Of a stretch of DNA of 64,000 nucleotides, positions 60,363 to 64,000 are shown in pieces. Each line of letters begins with the position of its first letter. Position 1 is the first letter of the stretch. This stretch comes from an uncultured Fusobacterium sp. GTDB taxonomy: Bacteria > Fusobacteriota > Fusobacteriia > Fusobacteriales > Fusobacteriaceae. Under the pieces are notes generated by a model. It saw only the letters and a program-made list of their open reading frames with translations, did not search any database and was not told the origin of the DNA. The stretch is from positions 12,192 to 76,191 of the forward strand of contig NZ_CAJKIS010000005.1 in assembly GCF_905200055.1 (NCBI RefSeq). The letters run 5' to 3'. The position numbers and the translations under genes are program-made.

Positions 60363-61352
60363 TTAAAATTTAGGTATTTTCTGTATATTGCTTATCTCTT
60401 TTCCTAAACATCTTCTTAAAAAATTAGGAACAAATACAGAATAATATAGTAGTTGAGCTTCTATATTTCCCTTTTCAACTTTCTTTAACTCTCTATATAT
60501 CTCTTTATACCTATTATGAACTCTCTTCCAATCTCCACCACCATTATATCTTTTATATATAACAACTGAGTAGAAACTTAGAATAAGTTTAGCTAAAGTT
60601 TCCTTTCCAATTTTAGAATCAAGATTTTGATACTCTTTAAAAAATTTTTCACATATCTTCTCAAGAGAGATTATACTTTTTTCAGAAACTTTATTCATTA
60701 TACTTCCTGTTCTCTGTCTATAAAAATAAAAAGCTCTATCTATATATTTTACTCTTTTAGCTTTAAGATAAACCATTGGAGTAAATTCGCTATCCTCATG
60801 TACAATCTCTTCATTAAACCAAATATTATTATCAATTAAAAATTTTCTTCTATATATATCATCTACAACCTCTTCTCTAAAACATTTAGGTTGTTGAAAA
60901 AGCTTTCCAAAAAATTCTATCCCTGTTACTACTCCAGAATTTTTTACTAAATCAGATCTAAAAAGTGGAGCTCCTGTTTTTTCTGGTGTATAATATCTCA
61001 TATTACCAACCATAACATCAAGATCTTCCATCTCTCCTTCAAAGAAAAACTTTTTATACTCTTGAACATCTATAAAATCATCACTATCAATAAAAGAGAT
61101 ATACTCTCCCTTTGCAACTCTCATTCCTGCATTTCTAGCTGAAGATAATCCACCATTTTCTTTATCTACAATAACTGTTCTCTCTGGATAACTTTGTTTA
61201 AACTCCTCCATTATCTCTCTACTTCTATCTTTAGAACCGTCATTTACAAGGATTACTTCATAATCTATCCCATCAATTTTATATAAACTATCTAAACACT
61301 CCCTTAAATATTGCTCAACATTATATATTGGAACAATTATACTCAATTGCAT
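60363..61352 (-). CDS. Glycosyltransferase family 2
   Basis: N-terminal LSIIVPIYNVEQYL...DGSKDRS...DSDD GT2 motifs. Confidence 0.8.
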   Translation of the reverse strand: MQLSIIVPIYNVEQYLRECLDSLYKIDGIDYEVILVNDGSKDRSREIMEEFKQSYPERTVIVDKENGGLSSARNAGMRVAKGEYISFIDSDDFIDVQEYKKFFFEGEMEDLDVMVGNMRYYTPEKTGAPLFRSDLVKNSGVVTGIEFFGKLFQQPKCFREEVVDDIYRRKFLIDNNIWFNEEIVHEDSEFTPMVYLKAKRVKYIDRAFYFYRQRTGSIMNKVSEKSIISLEKICEKFFKEYQNLDSKIGKETLAKLILSFYSVVIYKRYNGGGDWKRVHNRYKEIYRELKKVEKGNIEAQLLYYSVFVPNFLRRCLGKEISNIQKIPKF

Positions 61353-61361
61353 CTTATCACC

Positions 61362-62471
61362 TTACAATTCTAGAATCTTTTCTCTATATATATTAATAAT
61401 AATTTTTTCATCAAATTCCTTTAAAATTTTCTCTCTTCCAGCTATTCCCATAGCTTTTCTCTCTTCAGCTGAAAGATTGATAAATTTTCTCATTCCTTGA
61501 GCTAGATCTTCACTATCTGCAACTTTAACTAGATATCCTGTAACATTGTTTTCAACTATCTCTTTACAACCAGTTACGTTTGTAGCAATTATAGGCTTTT
61601 CCATTGCTGCTCCTTCCATCAATACTTTAGAGATTCCCTCTCTATATGATGGTAAAACTATACAATCTGCCTCTTTTATAACTAATTCTGGCTTATTAAC
61701 TGTACCTAAATAGTTAATAATTCCTTCAGCAACTAATTTATCCATATGCTCTTTAGTTACCCCTGATACTGCCTCTCCACCTAAAGCTCCTAAAAATTGA
61801 AACTCAACTTTCTCTCCATACTCTTTCTTTAAAATTCTAGCTGCCTCTTCATACTCTCTAAATCCCTTATCAAAAAAGGCTCTAGCAACCATTAAGAAAA
61901 CTATTTTTTCATCTTTTCTCTCCATAAGCATAGGTTTAAATCTTTCACAATCTGTTCCCTCACCAGGTAAAATAAATATCTTTTTACTATCTCCTATATC
62001 TGAATTAATTAGAGTTTCCTTATCATCACTATTTAAAACCCATATCTCTTTTGAAAATTTAAGAGAAAATTTATATAAACCTACTGCTATTTTTGCTATA
62101 ACTCCACCTTTTACAAAAGAATATCCAAGCCCAGTAAGAATTGCCACTGATTTTTTCCCAGCCATTTTAGCTGCTAAAGTTCCATAGATATTTGGTTTAA
62201 TTGTATAGTGAAAAATTATATCTGGGTTCTCTCTCTTGTATAATTTATATAATTCTAAAGTTAATTTCAGATCTTCTATAGGATTTATACCTCTTTTATT
62301 AAGATTAATAGAGATTGATTTTACTCCTGGTATAGCTCTTTCCATATCTATTCTTCCATCATCAGGAGCAACTACTACCACCTCATGTCCATCTGATACT
62401 AATGCTCTAATAACTCCTGCTCTAAAAATATATATATCCCACATATAATTTGCTACAAATAATATCTTCAT
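61362..62471 (-). CDS. Glycosyltransferase family 4 (GT-B, group 1)
   Basis: 369 aa. C-terminal EGISKVLMEGAAMEKPIIAT is the GT4 E-x7-E-type motif. Confidence 0.8.
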   Translation of the reverse strand: MKILFVANYMWDIYIFRAGVIRALVSDGHEVVVVAPDDGRIDMERAIPGVKSISINLNKRGINPIEDLKLTLELYKLYKRENPDIIFHYTIKPNIYGTLAAKMAGKKSVAILTGLGYSFVKGGVIAKIAVGLYKFSLKFSKEIWVLNSDDKETLINSDIGDSKKIFILPGEGTDCERFKPMLMERKDEKIVFLMVARAFFDKGFREYEEAARILKKEYGEKVEFQFLGALGGEAVSGVTKEHMDKLVAEGIINYLGTVNKPELVIKEADCIVLPSYREGISKVLMEGAAMEKPIIATNVTGCKEIVENNVTGYLVKVADSEDLAQGMRKFINLSAEERKAMGIAGREKILKEFDEKIIINIYREKILEL

Positions 62472-62489
62472 ATTTTCACCTTTTTAATA

Positions 62490-63680
62490 TTAATATAGTA
62501 ATGATAACTCTTTCCCATGCCCTTGATTTAAATATTTAAAAGAATCTACAACCATTTTTCTTCTCTCTTCAGCACCTTTATGCTCTAAAAAGATATTTTC
62601 ATATTGATATAATTTTTTATTTCCTATAAAATTTATCTGATTATCCAATCTAAAATATGATACTCCTAGAGCTAAGATTAAAACTCCTATTTTTATCAGT
62701 AACATATCTTCTAAATCAGCTAACATTGGTAAAATAAACCAATATGAATATACAAAAAGAATTCCTATTCTTAAAGTAAGAACTGAAAATTCTGCTCCAA
62801 ACAGAAATATAAATACTGATAAAAACAGACTATTAGCAAAAATAGTCCCGTATCTTTTTTCTGACAATCTATTTAGCATCAAAAATACTAAAACAAAAAT
62901 AATTATTCTTTCTAAATAAAATAGTGTTACTCCCAATGGAAAATAATCTGGAACTATTGAAATATACACTGATATTTTTTTACCAATGCTTCCTGGTAAC
63001 ATATTTGCCAAACTTCCTATATTTTTTATTATTAATCTTTTATCTAATAAATAATAGATATTTCCTAAAATAAAAGTTACAAAAATAAATATCTTATTCC
63101 AATTAATTTTTAATAAAAAGTACATTGGAAAATATATCAAAGAGCTTGAATGAAAAAAGAAGCCTAAAAGATTTAGTGCAATAAATGGCATTATCTTTCT
63201 ATCCTCTATATATTTTATTGAAAGTATAAACAGAAGAATACTTTTTAAATTTCTTATCATATCTATTTCAAAAGCTACTCCATAAACTCCAAAATATATA
63301 AATAAAGCAAAAATTGGATATTTTGAGTATCTCTTAAAGATAAAATATAAAATTATAAAATCTATAACTGTATTTATAAAATTAAATATCAGATAATTAT
63401 CTGTAAATAATTTTATACTTGCACAGTAAACTTGAAACCCTTTTTCAAATCCCCCTGCTATAAAACCGTTCTTTACTAATTCAATTATATTTTTACTTTT
63501 TTCAAAACTTGGCATATAACTATACCAATCATATCCTATATAAGCTCTTGTCCCGAAAAAAACAACTAAAATTCCTATTAAAAAAATATAAATATTTCTT
63601 TTAAATTCTCTATTTTCACTAAAAATATCTATTAAACTTCCTACCCCAAGAATTATTAATATTATGAAATATAGATTCAT
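62490..63680 (-). CDS. EpsG-family / Wzy-like polysaccharide polymerase membrane protein
   Basis: 396 aa with ~11 TM helices. N-terminus and loop pattern typical of EpsG family. Confidence 0.6.
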   Translation of the reverse strand: MNLYFIILIILGVGSLIDIFSENREFKRNIYIFLIGILVVFFGTRAYIGYDWYSYMPSFEKSKNIIELVKNGFIAGGFEKGFQVYCASIKLFTDNYLIFNFINTVIDFIILYFIFKRYSKYPIFALFIYFGVYGVAFEIDMIRNLKSILLFILSIKYIEDRKIMPFIALNLLGFFFHSSSLIYFPMYFLLKINWNKIFIFVTFILGNIYYLLDKRLIIKNIGSLANMLPGSIGKKISVYISIVPDYFPLGVTLFYLERIIIFVLVFLMLNRLSEKRYGTIFANSLFLSVFIFLFGAEFSVLTLRIGILFVYSYWFILPMLADLEDMLLIKIGVLILALGVSYFRLDNQINFIGNKKLYQYENIFLEHKGAEERRKMVVDSFKYLNQGHGKELSLLY

Positions 63681-63683
63681 TTA

Positions 63684-64000
63684 TCATTCCCTCTCTAACG
63701 TTTTTTTATATAGTTCCAAATACTCCTTTGCACTATTCTCTATAGTAAACTTTTTACTTCTCTCTAAACATTTATCTGCTACTTCTTTATAAAGTTTTTC
63801 ATCTTTTAATTTTAGAATAAGCTTTGCTAATTCCTTAGGGTTATCATTTGAACATAAAAAACCTGCTCCTCTAACTACTTCAGCAAGTCCGGGAACATCA
63901 CTTGCTATTACAGGTTTATGTGACGCCATTCCCTCAACAGCAGTAATTCCAAACCCTTCAAAAAAAGAGTATTGAATCACAATATCAGCTGTTTTTAAAA
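63684..64000 (-). CDS. Glycosyltransferase family 4, C-terminal part; gene runs off the right edge
   Basis: EGFGITAVEGMASHKPVIASDVPG is the GT4 C-terminal motif. The frame remains open past position 64000. Confidence 0.7.
   Translation of the reverse strand, partial: LKTADIVIQYSFFEGFGITAVEGMASHKPVIASDVPGLAEVVRGAGFLCSNDNPKELAKLILKLKDEKLYKEVADKCLERSKKFTIENSAKEYLELYKKTLERE

Noticed and set aside
1-64000. CRISPR arrays or rRNA genes
   Set aside because: No regularly spaced direct repeats with unique spacers and no rRNA-like conserved stretches were seen.

Overview
AT-rich, Fusobacterium-like chromosomal segment (inferred from gene content: lysine fermentation operon, rubredoxin, BMC genes, low GC). 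From left to right the window holds:

- fruR-fruK end, a CCA-adding enzyme, a ferredoxin pair, an Mrr-type restriction enzyme, and envelope proteins.
- The complete lysine-fermentation operon (kal-kce-kdd-kamA, two conserved ATPase-like ORFs, kamD-kamE).
- A divergent cNMP-binding-domain gene and a tandem rubredoxin.
- A roughly 15 kb glycyl-radical-enzyme bacterial microcompartment (GRM) locus. Its glycyl radical enzyme (GRE) carries the full set of choline TMA-lyase (CutC) active-site residues as I recall them from the D. alaskensis structure papers. It also carries a CutD-type activase, PduL, a catalytic aldehyde dehydrogenase (AldDH), a non-catalytic AldDH paralogue, an Fe-ADH, EutJ/EutN/EutQ-like proteins, five BMC shell proteins, a MerR regulator and an unusual permease.
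- A tightly coupled three-gene operon: degenerate SIR2-like protein, a 410-aa unknown protein, and a RelA/SpoT-like (toxSAS-type) nucleotidyltransferase. It lies in an island with cls, a PHP phosphoesterase and tRNA-Arg(CCU). This is the best candidate for an undescribed defence or toxin system.
- A MITE-like palindromic element, xth, thiD, a mannose-family PTS, kdsC, rpsT.
- A 1.1 kb non-coding spacer holding a 9-copy iteron-like array (AAGTGTAATCA).
- carAB, an IS3-family insertion sequence with an A6G frameshift site, an OppA-like binding protein, Nudix and TSCPD proteins, the livJHMGF ABC system, and the start of a polysaccharide (GT2/GT4/EpsG) cluster.

No rRNA or CRISPR was seen.
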